Notes: generated by a model from the sequence alone, not told the origin. Positions 42,370 through 53,967 are shown, counted from the first letter of the stretch. The stretch: DNA of 64,000 nt from an uncultured Gammaproteobacteria bacterium (GCA_963773065.1 CAVYZN010000011.1:1-64000); one strand, 5' to 3'. A program made the numbers and translations.

Positions 42370-42708
42370 ATGCCACAGATTATTTTTCTGCCCCACGTGG
42401 AGATCTGCCCCGAAGGGGCCGTCATCGAAGCCGAAACGGGCGCCACGATCTGTGACGCCGCCCTGAAGCATGGCATCGAGATCGAGCATGCCTGCGAGAA
42501 ATCCTGCGCCTGCACCACCTGCCATGTCTATATCCGTGAAGGCGGCGAATCACTGGGCGAGGCGACGGAGCAAGAGGACGACCTGCTGGACAAGGCCTGG
42601 GGACTGGACCCGGATTCACGGCTGAGCTGCCAGACGGTCGTGGCGAACCAGGACCTGGTCATCGAGATACCCAAGTACACCATCAACATGGTGAGCGAGA
42701 ACCACTAG
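42370..42708 (+). CDS. fdx: ISC system [2Fe-2S] ferredoxin
   Basis: HACEKSCACTTCH, SRLSCQ. Confidence 0.96.
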   Translation: MPQIIFLPHVEICPEGAVIEAETGATICDAALKHGIEIEHACEKSCACTTCHVYIREGGESLGEATEQEDDLLDKAWGLDPDSRLSCQTVVANQDLVIEIPKYTINMVSENH

Positions 42709-42745
42709 CCCGCATCTGTCAGGCCGTATCAAGGGAGATAACCGT

Positions 42746-42946
42746 ATGGGATTGAAATGGACCGATACACTGGATGTCGCCATCGGGCTGGATGAGGCGC
42801 ACCCGGAGGTGGATCCTCACTATGTGAATTTCGTGGATTTGCGCAACTGGGTCATCGCGCTGGATGATTTCGACGATGATCCGCAACACAGCGGCGAGAA
42901 GCTGCTCGAGGCCATCCAGATGGCCTGGATCGAAGAACGCGGCTGA
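42746..42946 (+). CDS. iscX: Fe-S assembly protein IscX
   Basis: LKWTD...EKLLEAIQMAWIEE. Confidence 0.95.
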   Translation: MGLKWTDTLDVAIGLDEAHPEVDPHYVNFVDLRNWVIALDDFDDDPQHSGEKLLEAIQMAWIEERG

Positions 42947-43193
42947 TTGCAGTCCCGGGACCGTTCGTTTCCTCCCGTTATCTTGATCATTATCAAGATG
43001 ACCACCGGGCTTGCCTGCTATATGCCAATCTGGCGAGAGCTAAGGTCCGAGCAGCGTGATTATCAGCCCCGCGACCAGCATATCGTAAGTAATTTCCCTT
43101 ATGGCGCGGTCGCGGGTTAAAGGACAATACTTGAATCGACAAATGACCCTCCCGAATGATGCGGGAGGAGATAATACAAGAAGGAGGAATGTG

Positions 43194-44306
43194 ATGAAGA
43201 AGCTGACGGGAATGGGTGTGGGTTTGCTGCTTGCCGTGTTGCTCTCCGCCTGCGGTGGGGGTGGTGGGGGCGGTGAGCGGAGGCGGCGATATCGGTGTGG
43301 CGCTGCAGCCATTGGCTATCGACGCCACGAATGCCATGCAGGTGGCGGCTGCCGTCCTGGATGCCTCGGGGTTGGTCGTGGATGTGGGAGCCCCCGGTGG
43401 CCCGATCACGGGCGTTGCCGTGGAGGGGAACGGCGCGCAGGTCGATCTGGCGCAGGTCATTCGTGCGCAACTGGACCTGTTCTCGCTAGTGCGGGATCAG
43501 GCCGCCCTCGGTCTGGTCACGGGTGTGTCCATCACTCGCACGAGTCATTGTGATGGTCGACGGTACCGTCGAAATTTCCGGTGAGGTGGCCGATCAACGT
43601 CCACGACCCTCACGCCCGGAGACACCCTAACCGCGGTCTTCAAGAATTGTAACGACGGTGACGGTCTGGTGCTGAACGGTGAAATGGATATCCGCGTTCA
43701 GAGTTTTAGCGGGGATAGATTCGGACCCGGCATCGGATAACTTTTCGTGTCCCCTTACAATTTCACCTTCGATATCACGTTGACCAATCTTTCGGTGACC
43801 GAAGCTCGGGTCGACATTCACTACAAACGGGGAGCTTACCTGGACGGAGACCACTACGGATGGCATATTCTTCATCACGGATCTCTCCGGTAATTCCCTG
43901 TCGATAACGACATCGGATACCACCGATACCCTGGAAGATTATTTGATTAAGGCAACCTTCAATCAGACGACCACCGCGTATACCACGGACAGCGGTGGCG
44001 ATGATGGCAGTGGCGAGACCGTCTGTTGCGCCACGCTCGCGAGCACGGCGCTCGACGGTACCGTCGATTTCGACACCACGCTGCCCTTTGCCGGGGTCGG
44101 TAACAACTCCCCGGATCTCGGCGAGATGGATATCACCGGCGCCACAGTCGCGGGCGGCAACCCCATCCGAAGTCACGGTGCAGGCCGTGGATGCGCAGTG
44201 CGTGCGTCTGCTCGTCGATCCGGATGGTCAAGGGGTAACCGATACTATTCTCACCACTTGGGTATCCTTGCCGACGGGAGTCCAGGATTCATCTAGCTGT
44301 CCCTAA
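43194..44306 (+). CDS. Putative beta-rich surface lipoprotein (multiple frameshifts)
   Basis: AGGAGG RBS; lipobox LSAC followed by poly-Gly; Thr/Asp/Gly-rich segments continue across frames to TWVSLPTGVQDSSSCP*. Confidence 0.6.
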
Positions 44307-44308
44307 TC

Positions 44309-45176
44309 GTGAGGCACTCCTCTCCCGGGTGCGGGCGTCAAGGCCCGCACCCTTTTTATCGTCTCCGGGTTGTTCTCGTCCTCCTGGTCTGCCTGCCGGG
44401 TGCGCTCCTGGCGGACGCAGGGAACGGATCGCGAGCCGGTCCACGCCTGGCTCGGCCCGGCCGCCATGGACTTCGACTACAAGGAATATGAGGACGGCGA
44501 GCGCCTCAACCATGAGCACGGCACGCTGTATGGCCTGGCCGGCGGCGTGCAGGCCGGCCGCAATGCCCTGCTGGTCGAGGGAGATCTTTCCTGGTTCGGC
44601 AATGACGTGCGCTATGACGGCCAGACCCAGGCCGGAGCGCCGGTCAAGACGCACACCGACGAGCATATCCTGGATGCTCTGGCCAGGGCCGGCTGGCGGT
44701 TCCGCCGCCAGGAACGGCTGCAGTACCAACTGTTCGGCGGGCTGGGCTACCGCTACTGGCAACGCGATATCAAATCAACGTCCGCGGCAACCGGTGTCAA
44801 TGAAACCTACACCTGGTGGTACGGTCTCCTTGGCGGGCGCGGTCTCTTCCTTGCGAATCCCCGCACGACCTGGCTGGCCGAGGCGCAGTTCATGCGGCCG
44901 CTCGATCCTGAAATCGAGGTTGATTTCAACAGCGGCCTCGATGACACCAGCCTGGATCTGGGCAGCGAGCCGGGGTTGCGGCTGTCGCTCGCATGGCAGC
45001 ACACCCTGAACTCCGGTTGGCGCCTGGATATCGTGCCGTTTTATGACGCCTGGGACATCGGCCGTAGCCAGAACCGCACGTTGAAGCAGAATGGCGTAGT
45101 AGTCGGTCGTGTGTTTGAGCCGCGCAGTGAAACCCGCAATTACGGCATCCAGGCCAGGCTGGGTGTTTCCTTCTGA
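44309..45176 (+). CDS. Outer-membrane beta-barrel protein (frameshift near 44425)
   Basis: Signal peptide in ORF 44309; alternating aromatic strands (GLGYRYWQRDI, YTWWYG); terminal Phe (LGVSF). Confidence 0.7.
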
Positions 45177-45532
45177 GACACCGCCTGGCGGCGATAGCCT
45201 CGCGCCGTCCCTTACCGTTGCGCACCGGTCAGCGACAGCTCTGAAACCGAGGCCTCTTTCCAGAGCTTCCCATACCGGCAACGCCGTCATTCGGTTATAG
45301 TGTCGGCCTTTGGCGATAGGCTGGCAGCGGGTACTTGCAAAGATGACAGGGATACCTCCGGTAGTGACAGGCATTCGGACCGGCAAGCGCGTGTTCAATC
45401 CGGGTGTGGTACAGGCCTGCCCTCGTCCCGATTGCCTTACCGGGCGAGGCGGCACGGCTGCAGCGGCAACCGTCGTCACTATCGCAGGGTAACCACCCAC
45501 TTACTTCACGTAGTGCACACGGGGGTTGTCTG

Positions 45533-48251
45533 ATGAAAGCGCCCAGGGGGATTCTTGCCGGGCTGTTACTTACCGTGCTGCTGGTTGGCTGCGGTGGCGG
45601 GGGTGGTGGCGGCGGTGACGGTAACGTCGTTATCGCGCCGAGCAGTAACGCCACCCTTGCCGATCTCGACCTGTCGGCAGGCGCTCTTGACCCGGTGTTT
45701 CAGGCCAGCCAGTCCGACTACACCGCAACGGTGGGTTTTCTCACGACGGCGACGACGGTCACGCCGACAACGTCGGATGCCGCCGCCACCGTGAGCGTGA
45801 ACGGGGTAGCCGTGACATCGGGCAGCGCCAGCGCACCGATCCCGCTGGCCGTCGGCGAGAACCCCATCACGGTCAGCGTTACCGCTGAAGACGGGGTGAC
45901 CACCGGCACCTATACCCTTACCGTGACACGCCAGTCGGCCAGCAGTAACGCCACCCTTGCCGATCTCGACCTGTCGGCAGGCTCTCTCGACCCGGTGTTT
46001 CAGGCCAGCCAGTCCGACTACACCGCAACGGTCGGTTTTCTCACGGCGGCGACCACGGTCACGCCGACAACATCGGATGCCGTCTGCCACGGTAAGCGTG
46101 AACGGGGTAGACGTGACATCGGGCAGCGCCAGCGCACCGATCCCGCTGGCCGTCGGCGAGAACCCCATCACGGTCAGCGTTACCGCTGAAGACGGGGTGA
46201 CCACCGGCACCTATAGCCTCACCGTGACACGCCAGTCGGCGAGCAGCGACGCCACCCTTGCCGATCTCGACCTGTCGGCAGGCTCTCTTGACCCGGTGTT
46301 TCAGGCCAGCCAGTTCGACTACACCGCGACGGTCGGTTTTCTCACGACGGCGACCACGGTCACGCCGACAACATCGGATGCGTCTGCCACGGTAAGCGTG
46401 AACGGGGTAGACGTGACATCGGGCAGCGCCAGCGCACCGATCCCGCTGGCCGTCGGCGAGAACCCCATCACGGTCAGCGTTACCGCTGAAGACGGGGTGA
46501 CCACCGGCACCTATACCCTTACCGTGACACGCCAGTCGGCGAGCAGTGACGCCACCCTTGCCGATCTCGACCTGTCGGCAGGCTCACTTGACCCGGTGTT
46601 TCAGGCCAGCCAGTCCGACTACACAGCAACGGTCGGTTTTCTCACGGCGGCAGACGACGGTCACGCCGACGACGTCGGATGCCGCCGCCACGGTGAGCGT
46701 GAACGGGGTAGACGTCACATCGGGCAGCGCCAGCGCACCGATCCCGCTGGCCGTCGGCGAGAACCCCATCACGGTCAGCGTTACCGCTGAAGACGGGGTG
46801 ACCACCGGCACCTATAGCATCACCGTGACACGCCAGTCGGCAAACGACTTTGCCCAGCAGGCCTATATCAAGGCATCCAATACCGGCAGTGGCGATCAAT
46901 TCGGCTACAGCATTGCCCTGTCCGGCGATACGCTCGCCGTGGGGGCGCTTTCACGAGGACAGCGGCGCGACCGGCATCGACGGCAACGGGAGCGACAACA
47001 CTGCGCCCGAGTCCGGCGCCGTATACGTATTCATCCGCAATGGCGCGGCGTGGTCTCAGCAGGCCTATATCAAGGCCTCCAATACCGAGCAGTAACGACC
47101 GTTTCGGCATCAGCCTCGCCCTATCCGGCGATACGCTGGCCGTAGGGGCCTATCTGGAAGACAGCCAGGCGACCGGCATCGACGGTAACCAGAGCGACAA
47201 CAACCTCTCCGGAAGCGGGGCGGTGTACGTGTTCACCCGCAGCGGCACGGTGTGGAGCCAGCAGGCCTATCTCAAGGCTTCCAATACCGGCAGTGATGAT
47301 GACTTTGGCTGGAGCGTCGCGCTCTCCGGCGACACGCTGGCTGTTGGAGCGACCGGGGAGGCCAGCAACGCGACCGGCATCGACGGCAACCAGACCGACA
47401 AGAGCCTGGCCCGAGGCCGGCGCCGTGTACGTCTTCACCCGCAACGGCACGGTGTGGAGCCAGCAGGCCTATCTCAAGGCCTCCAATACCGACAGCGACG
47501 ACAACTTCGGCTATTCGGTCGCGCTCGCCGGCGATACGCTCGCCGTAGGGGCCGACCAGGAAGCGAGCAAGGCGACCGGCATCTGGCAGCCAGAGTGACC
47601 AGAACGACAACAGCTTTCCCAACGCCGGCGCCGTTTACGTGTTCATCCGCAACGGCGCTGTGTGGTCCCAGCAGGCCTATCTCAAGGCCTCCAATACCGG
47701 GAGTGATGATGTCTTCGGCTGGAGCCTTGCCCTCTCCGGGGACACCCTGGCGGTCGGTGCTCCGAGCGAGGCCAGCAGCGCCAGCGGCATCGACGGCAAC
47801 CAGAACGATGACAGCGCGCCGTTTTCCGGCGCTGTGTACGTGTTCACCCGCAGCGGCGTCGCGTGGTCCCAACAGGCCTATGTCAAGGCGTCCAATACCG
47901 GCAGTAATGATTTCTTTGGCTGGAGTCTCGCCTTACTCCGGCGATATGCTCGCCGTGGGCGCGAAGGGTGAGGCCAGCAACGCGACCGGCATTGGCGGCG
48001 ACGAGAGCGACGACAGCCAGGTCAGCGGCGCCGTGTACGTGTTCAGCCGCAGCGGCACGGTGTGGTCGCAGCAGGCCTACATCAAGGCCGCCGCCACCGA
48101 TAGCGGGGATTTTTTTGGTTACAGTGTCGCCCTCTCCGCTAACACGCTGGCCGCGGGAGCGCCGGGGGAGGACAGCAACGCCACCGGCATCGACGGCGAT
48201 GCCGGCGACAACAGCCTGAGCGGCGCCGGCGCCGCCTACGTCTTCCAGTAA
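45533..48251 (+). CDS. Lipoprotein adhesin with 4 cadherin-like beta-sandwich repeats and 7 FG-GAP repeats (multiple frameshifts)
   Basis: Lipobox LVGC plus poly-Gly; (N/D)ATLADLDLS...VTAEDGVTTGTY x4; QQAY(I/L/V)KA...FG.S.ALSGDTLAVGA x7. Confidence 0.85.
45641..46842 (+). repeat. Four near-identical 300-bp tandem repeats
   Basis: Units start at 45641, 45941, 46242 and 46542. Confidence 0.95.
46855..48248 (+). repeat. Seven ~201-bp FG-GAP coding repeats
   Basis: CA(G/A)CAGGCCTA at 46855, 47057, 47259, 47461, 47669, 47870, 48069. Confidence 0.9.
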
Positions 48252-48428
48252 GTATTCTGTCCGCGTGTTTTCCCGGTCCCATGGTCCGGGGGCAGGTCCG
48301 TTCCCTTGTACGCCCCGACCTTGTATATTACCCGGCTTTGTTCCCGCCGGTTCCGATTCCGTGGCAACGTTCCCCTGGCCGTTTCACAGGCGGTCGTAAG
48401 GTACTCAAGGGCCTGACCCGAGGTAGGC

Positions 48429-49400
48429 ATGGCAGTTAGAAATCGTCTGCACCGCAGTGAACTGGCCGTTCCCGGCAGCAATCTGCGCATGCTGGAGAAG
48501 GCGCCGACGGCGGGCGCCGATGTGGTCTTCCTCGATCTCGAGGATGCCGTGGCGCCGGATGACAAGGCGCAGGCGCGCAAGAACGTGATCGAGGCGCTGA
48601 ACGATATGGACTGGTCGCGCTGCTCGGTCTCCGTGCGCATCAACGGGCTGGACACCCGGTATTGCTACCGTGACATCGTCGACGTGGTCGAGCAGGCGGG
48701 CGACAAGCTGGACACCCTCCTGATACCCAAGGTCAACCGGCCGGCCGATATTCTCTTCGTGTCCACCCTGCTGGAGCAGATCGAGGCCGCCCGGGGTCTT
48801 GAACCCATCAACCTCCACATCTTGATCGAAACTGCCCTGGGCATGGCGAATGTCGAAAGCATCGCGCAAACCTGCCCGGAACGGCTTGAAGCGATGGTCT
48901 TCGGAGTGGCCGATTATGCCGCCTCCACGCAGGCGCGCACCACGCAGATGGGCGGGGCCAACCCGGATTACGCGGTGCTGACCCATCCGGATGCGGGCGG
49001 CCGGCGGGAAGGCCACTGGGGCGACCAGTGGCATTACGCCATCTCGCGCCTGGTGGTGGCCTGCCGCGCCTACGGGCTGCGCCCGATCGACGGGCCGTTC
49101 GGCGATATCCAGGACCCGGAGGGATTCCTCGCCGTGGCGCGCAGCGTGGCGGCGCTCGGCGTCGAGGGGAAATGGGCCATCCATCCCTCGCAGATCGAAT
49201 TGGCCAACCGGGTGTTTACCCCGGGGGAGGCCGAGGTCGAGCGCGCGCGGCGCATCCTGGACGCCATGGCCGAGGCGGCCCGGGCGGGGCGCGGGGCGGT
49301 GGCGCTTGACGGGCGGTTGATCGATGCCGCCTCGATCCGCCAGGCGCAGGTCCTGGTCGACACCGCCGACCAGATCCGCAATTCACTGGCGGCCCGCTAG
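48429..49400 (+). CDS. mcl: Malyl-CoA lyase (CitE/HpcH family)
   Basis: RSELAVPGSN, DLEDAVAPDDK, FGVADYAAS, DGPFGD, GKWAIHPSQ; adjacent to mtkAB. Confidence 0.85.
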   Translation: MAVRNRLHRSELAVPGSNLRMLEKAPTAGADVVFLDLEDAVAPDDKAQARKNVIEALNDMDWSRCSVSVRINGLDTRYCYRDIVDVVEQAGDKLDTLLIPKVNRPADILFVSTLLEQIEAARGLEPINLHILIETALGMANVESIAQTCPERLEAMVFGVADYAASTQARTTQMGGANPDYAVLTHPDAGGRREGHWGDQWHYAISRLVVACRAYGLRPIDGPFGDIQDPEGFLAVARSVAALGVEGKWAIHPSQIELANRVFTPGEAEVERARRILDAMAEAARAGRGAVALDGRLIDAASIRQAQVLVDTADQIRNSLAAR

Positions 49401-49421
49401 CCCGGAGCCGGGGTCATCGCG

Positions 49422-50594
49422 TTGAACATCCACGAATACCAGACCAAGGAATTGCTGAAGAAATACGGCGTGCGGGTGCCGGAAGGCCGGGTCGCGCACA
49501 CCGTGGACAACGCCGCAACCGCGGCCGAGGAACTCGGCGGCGAGCGCTGGGTGGTCAAGGCGCAGATCCATGCCGGCGGGCGCGGCAAGGGCGGCGGCAT
49601 CAGGGTGGCCGGGTCTATCGACGAGGTCAGGCACTACGCCGACCAACTGATCGGCAGCCACCTGGTCACCCCCCAGACCGGGGCCGCGGGGCGGCTGGTG
49701 CAGCGCGTCCTGGTCGAACAGGCCATCAGGATTCACAAGGAATACTACCTCGGCCTGGTGATCGACCGTGGCACGCAGCGCATCACGGTCATCGCCTGCG
49801 AAGCCGGAGGCATGGACATCGAGGAGGCGGCCGCGCGGCACCCCGAGCAGATCATCCGGGAGGCGGTCGATCCCGCGGTCGGCTTGATGGATTTCCAGTG
49901 CCGCAAGATCGCCGCGAAGATCGGCCTCACCGGCCGGCAGATACCGGAGGCGACGAAACTGATGCAGGCCCTCTACCGCTGCTTCCGGGACAACGATGCA
50001 CTGCTCGCCGAGATCAATCCGCTGGCGGTGGTGGACGAGGGACAGTTGATGGCGCTGGATGCCAAGATGTCCTTTGACGGCAATGCCCTGTACCGGCGCG
50101 AGCAGATCACGGCGATGCGCGATTTCGACGAGGAAGACCCGAAGGAAGTGGAGGCCACCGGGCACGGGCTCAACTACATCGCCCTCGACGGCGATGTCGG
50201 CTGCATCGTCAACGGCGCGGGCCTGGCCATGGCCACCATGGATGCCATCAGCTTCCATGGCGGCAAGCCGGCGAACTTTCTCGATGTCGGCGGCGGCGCC
50301 TCGCCCGAGAAGGTCGGGAACGCCTTCCGCATCGTGCTGCAGGACCCGAACGTCAGGATCATCCTGGTGAATATCTTCGCCGGCATCAACCGCTGCGACT
50401 GGATCGCGGCAGGCCTGGTGCAGGCCATGCGCGACCTCAATATCGGCATACCGATCGTGGTGCGCCTGGCGGGCACCAACGTCGAGCAGGGCAGGGCGAT
50501 ACTCGCCGCCTCGGCGTTCCCCTTCATCATGGCCGACAATCTCGACGATGCGGCCACCCGGGTGATGGCCGCCCTGCGGGGAACGCCGGCATGA
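49422..50594 (+). CDS. mtkA: Malate--CoA ligase (malate thiokinase) beta subunit
   Basis: SucC fold with NIFAGINRCDWIA instead of the NIFGGIVRCD typical of SucC; context with mcl. Confidence 0.82.
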   Translation: MNIHEYQTKELLKKYGVRVPEGRVAHTVDNAATAAEELGGERWVVKAQIHAGGRGKGGGIRVAGSIDEVRHYADQLIGSHLVTPQTGAAGRLVQRVLVEQAIRIHKEYYLGLVIDRGTQRITVIACEAGGMDIEEAAARHPEQIIREAVDPAVGLMDFQCRKIAAKIGLTGRQIPEATKLMQALYRCFRDNDALLAEINPLAVVDEGQLMALDAKMSFDGNALYRREQITAMRDFDEEDPKEVEATGHGLNYIALDGDVGCIVNGAGLAMATMDAISFHGGKPANFLDVGGGASPEKVGNAFRIVLQDPNVRIILVNIFAGINRCDWIAAGLVQAMRDLNIGIPIVVRLAGTNVEQGRAILAASAFPFIMADNLDDAATRVMAALRGTPA

Positions 50595-51460
50595 GCGTGT
50601 TCGTCCACCGGGATACGCGGGTCATACTGCAGGGGTTTACCGGCCAGCACGCGACCTTCCACGCGCAGGAGTCCATGCAAAATGGGACCAACGTCGTGGG
50701 GGGCGTCACGCCCGGCAAGGGCGGCATGACCCATCTCGACCGGCCGGTGTTCGATACCGTGCACCAGGCCGTGCAGGAAACCGGCGCTGAGGTCAGCGGT
50801 ATCTTCGTGCCGGCTCCGTTCGCCGCCGACGCCATCATGGAGGCGCTGGAGGCGGGCATCCGCGTCATCGTGGTGATCGCCGATGGCGTGCCGGTGCAGG
50901 ACATGGTGCGCGTGAAACGCTACGCGGCGGACAAGAACGCCGTCATCATCGGACCGAACACGCCCGGCGTGATCACCCCGGGCGCCTGCAAGGTCGGCAT
51001 CATGCCCTCGCCTATCTACCGGGCGGGACGCATCGGCGTGGTTTCGCGTTCCGGCACGCTCAATTACGAGGCCGTGCAGCAGATGACCGAACTCGGCCTG
51101 GGGCAGTCGACCTGTGTCGGCATCGGCGGCGACCCCGTCAACGGCGCCGATTTCGTGACCGTGCTGCGCGCCTTCGAAGCGGACCCCGACACCGACGCCG
51201 TCGTCATGATCGGCGAGATCGGCGGGCCGCAGGAGGTGGACGCGGCGCGCTGGGCCAGGGAGAATATGCGCAAGCCGCTGGTGGGTTTCGTGGCCGGCGT
51301 ATCGGCCCCGCCCGGACGGCGCATGGGACACGCGGGTGCTATCATTTCGGGACAGTCCGACACGGCGAACGCCAAGATGGACCTCATGGAGGAACTCGGC
51401 GTCCACGTGGTGCGCAATCCGGCCCTGATCGGCGCGACGGCGCGCCGGGTGTTTTCCTGA
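50591..51460 (+). CDS. mtkB: Malate--CoA ligase alpha subunit (SucD-like)
   Basis: GPNTPG, SRSGTLNYE, GRRMGHAGA (phospho-His). Confidence 0.82.
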   Translation: MSVFVHRDTRVILQGFTGQHATFHAQESMQNGTNVVGGVTPGKGGMTHLDRPVFDTVHQAVQETGAEVSGIFVPAPFAADAIMEALEAGIRVIVVIADGVPVQDMVRVKRYAADKNAVIIGPNTPGVITPGACKVGIMPSPIYRAGRIGVVSRSGTLNYEAVQQMTELGLGQSTCVGIGGDPVNGADFVTVLRAFEADPDTDAVVMIGEIGGPQEVDAARWARENMRKPLVGFVAGVSAPPGRRMGHAGAIISGQSDTANAKMDLMEELGVHVVRNPALIGATARRVFS

Positions 51461-51637
51461 AGCCGTTGCACCACCGGTTTCCCGGGCCGGGTTTCAAGGC
51501 CGCGAGCCGTTCACAAGCGGCAGGGCGGCATTGCCTGGCCACCGGCATCGGCGTTAAACTACGAGCTTATGTATATATACTAACCCGCGTTTTCAGACGG
51601 GTTTCTTGTAATAGCAGGATGACTGACGGAGTGTTGC

Positions 51638-52069
51638 ATGGCAATCGAGCGGACCTTGTCCATTATCAAGCCGGACGCAGTGGCGAAGAACCTCATCGGC
51701 GAGATTTACAGCCGCTTCGAAAAGAACGGCCTGCGCATCATCGCCGCCCGCATGCTGCAACTGACCCGGGCGCAGGCCGAGGGTTTCTACGCCGTGCACC
51801 GGGGACGTCCGTTCTACCAGGACCTGGTGGAATTCATGACCTCCGGTCCGGTGGTCGTGCAGGTGCTCGAGGGCGAGGGTGCGGTCAACAAAAACCGCGA
51901 ATTGATGGGGGCGACCAATCCCCGGGATGCCGCGCCCGGCACGATCCGGGCCGACTTTGCCACCACCGTGGATGAAAATGCCGTGCATGGCTCCGATGGA
52001 CCGGATACCGCGAAACAGGAAATCGCGTTTTTCTTCGGGGACGGCGGCATCTGTCCGAGGACCCGGTAG
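51638..52069 (+). CDS. ndk: Nucleoside diphosphate kinase
   Basis: [19 protein letters not shown]. Confidence 0.97.
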   Translation: MAIERTLSIIKPDAVAKNLIGEIYSRFEKNGLRIIAARMLQLTRAQAEGFYAVHRGRPFYQDLVEFMTSGPVVVQVLEGEGAVNKNRELMGATNPRDAAPGTIRADFATTVDENAVHGSDGPDTAKQEIAFFFGDGGICPRTR

Positions 52070-52107
52070 AACCCGCCCCCGGGTAGCCGCCAGCTATGAG
52101 CCTGCTT

Positions 52108-53214
52108 ATGTCGGTTGAGCAAAAAACCAACCTCCTGGATCTGAACCGCCCGGAGATGGAGGCGTTTTTCATCGCCCAGGGCGAGAAGGGCTTTCGCGCC
52201 GCGCAGGTGATGAAATGGATCCATGGCCGGTGCGTGGCCGACTTCGATGCCATGACCAACCTCGGCAAGGGGTTGCGCGCCGGCCTTAGGGATTACGCGG
52301 AAATCCGCCTGCCGGAGATCGTCGCGGATCAGCGTTCCGACGACGGTTCCCGCAAATGGCTGCTGCGCCTGGCGGATGGCAACTGCATCGAAACCGTATT
52401 CATTCCCGAAACCGGGCGGGGTACCCTGTGTGTCTCCTCGCAAGTCGGCTGCATGCTCAACTGCAGTTTTTGTTCCACCGCGCAGCAGGGTTTCAACCGC
52501 AACCTGACCACCGGCGAAATCATCGCGCAGCTCTGGCAGGCCGCGAACGCCCTCGGCCATCGGTCCGATGGCACGCGCCTGATCTCCAACGTGGTCTTGA
52601 TGGGCATGGGTGAACCCCTGCTCAACTACGACAATGTGCTTCGCGCCATGCAGGTGATGCTGGACGATTTCGGCTACGGCCTGTCCAAGCGCCGCATCAC
52701 GCTCAGTACCGCCGGCATCGTTCCGGCCATCCGCCGGCTGCGCCAGGACTGTGACGTCAGCCTGGCCGTGTCCCTGCATGCGCCGGATGATCTGCTGCGC
52801 GATGAACTGGTGCCCCTGAACCGCAAATACCCCATCCAGGAATTGCTGGCCGCCTGCCGTGACTATGTGGGTGAGGACAGCCGCCGCCGCGTCACCTTTG
52901 AATACGTGCTGCTGGCGGGGATCAATGACAGCGACGCCCATGCGCGCCGGCTGATCCGTCTCCTGGAAGGGGTGCCGGCCAAGGTCAACCTGATTCCCTT
53001 CAATCCCTTCCCGAATACCCGCTACCGGTGCAGTCCGCCGGAAACCATAGACCGGTTTTTCTCACTGCTCAACCGGGCGGGCATCGTGACGATTACCCGC
53101 AAAACGCGCGGAGACGACATCGATGCGGCCTGTGGACAGCTCGCCGGGCGTTTTCAGGATCGAACGCAACGCCGCGCCCGCTCACTGGCGACGCAGCCGA
53201 GGACACATGCATGA
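52108..53214 (+). CDS. rlmN: Dual-specificity RNA methyltransferase RlmN
   Basis: [28 protein letters not shown]. Confidence 0.96.
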   Translation: MSVEQKTNLLDLNRPEMEAFFIAQGEKGFRAAQVMKWIHGRCVADFDAMTNLGKGLRAGLRDYAEIRLPEIVADQRSDDGSRKWLLRLADGNCIETVFIPETGRGTLCVSSQVGCMLNCSFCSTAQQGFNRNLTTGEIIAQLWQAANALGHRSDGTRLISNVVLMGMGEPLLNYDNVLRAMQVMLDDFGYGLSKRRITLSTAGIVPAIRRLRQDCDVSLAVSLHAPDDLLRDELVPLNRKYPIQELLAACRDYVGEDSRRRVTFEYVLLAGINDSDAHARRLIRLLEGVPAKVNLIPFNPFPNTRYRCSPPETIDRFFSLLNRAGIVTITRKTRGDDIDAACGQLAGRFQDRTQRRARSLATQPRTHA

Positions 53215-53967
53215 ACAGTCATTTCTACAGAGTGCCGGCGGCAATCCTGGTGCTTGCCCTCACCGCCTGCAGCACCAATCCGGCCGGCAGTGAAAGCCTC
53301 AGGCCAGGCGCATCGCCGATACCAACATTCAACTGGGCATCGCCTACATGCGACAGGGCGACTACGATACGGCGCTCGTTAAATTACAAAAAGCGCTGAA
53401 GGCGGACCCGGATTCGGCCACGGCCAATGGCACGCTTGCGCTTCTTTATGAAAACATCGGGGAGAACGATCTCGCTGAAAAGCATTTCAAGACGGCGCTG
53501 CGACTTTCACCGCAGGATCCACAGACGCACAACAATTACGGCCAGTACCTGTGCCGCCACGGCGAATACACCCAGGCGCTGGAGCAGTTCAAGATCGCGG
53601 CCAGCGATCCGCTCTATCCCGGCGTTGCGGCGTCCCTCACGAATGCCGGCATCTGTGCCGGCAGTATCCCCGACGCCAAGCAGGCGGAGGATTATTTCCG
53701 CAAGGCCCTGGAACACGATCAGAACTACGGCTATGCCTTGCTGCAGATGGCCAACCTCATGTTCACGCAAGGCAATAACATGGCCGCGCGCGCCTACATT
53801 CAGCGCTTCGATGGAGTGTCAACACCCAGCGCGGAGAGCCTGTGGCTCGGCGTGCGCATCGAGAACACAATCGGCGACATGAGCGCGGCGGGCGACTACG
53901 CGATGCAGCTCAAGAACAATTTCCCGAAAACCAAGGAGGCGGAAAGCCTGCGGGAGTTGGAGAATGA
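53211..53967 (+). CDS. pilW: Type IV pilus biogenesis TPR lipoprotein PilW/PilF (frameshift near 53310; reads on into the RodZ-like segment)
   Basis: Lipobox LTAC; NNYGQYLC; [11 protein letters not shown]; rlmN synteny; end coordinate approximate. Confidence 0.85.

Noticed and set aside
45321-45340. Sigma-54 promoter upstream of the adhesin (TGGCAGCGGGTACTTGC)
   Set aside because: GG-to-GC spacing is 2 bp too long.
45641-48248. CRISPR array
   Set aside because: Repeats are 200-300 bp, coding, without unique spacers; no cas genes.
49422-51460. Ordinary succinyl-CoA synthetase sucCD
   Set aside because: The NIFAGINRCDW signature and linkage to mcl, not to sucAB, favour malate thiokinase; not biochemically proven.
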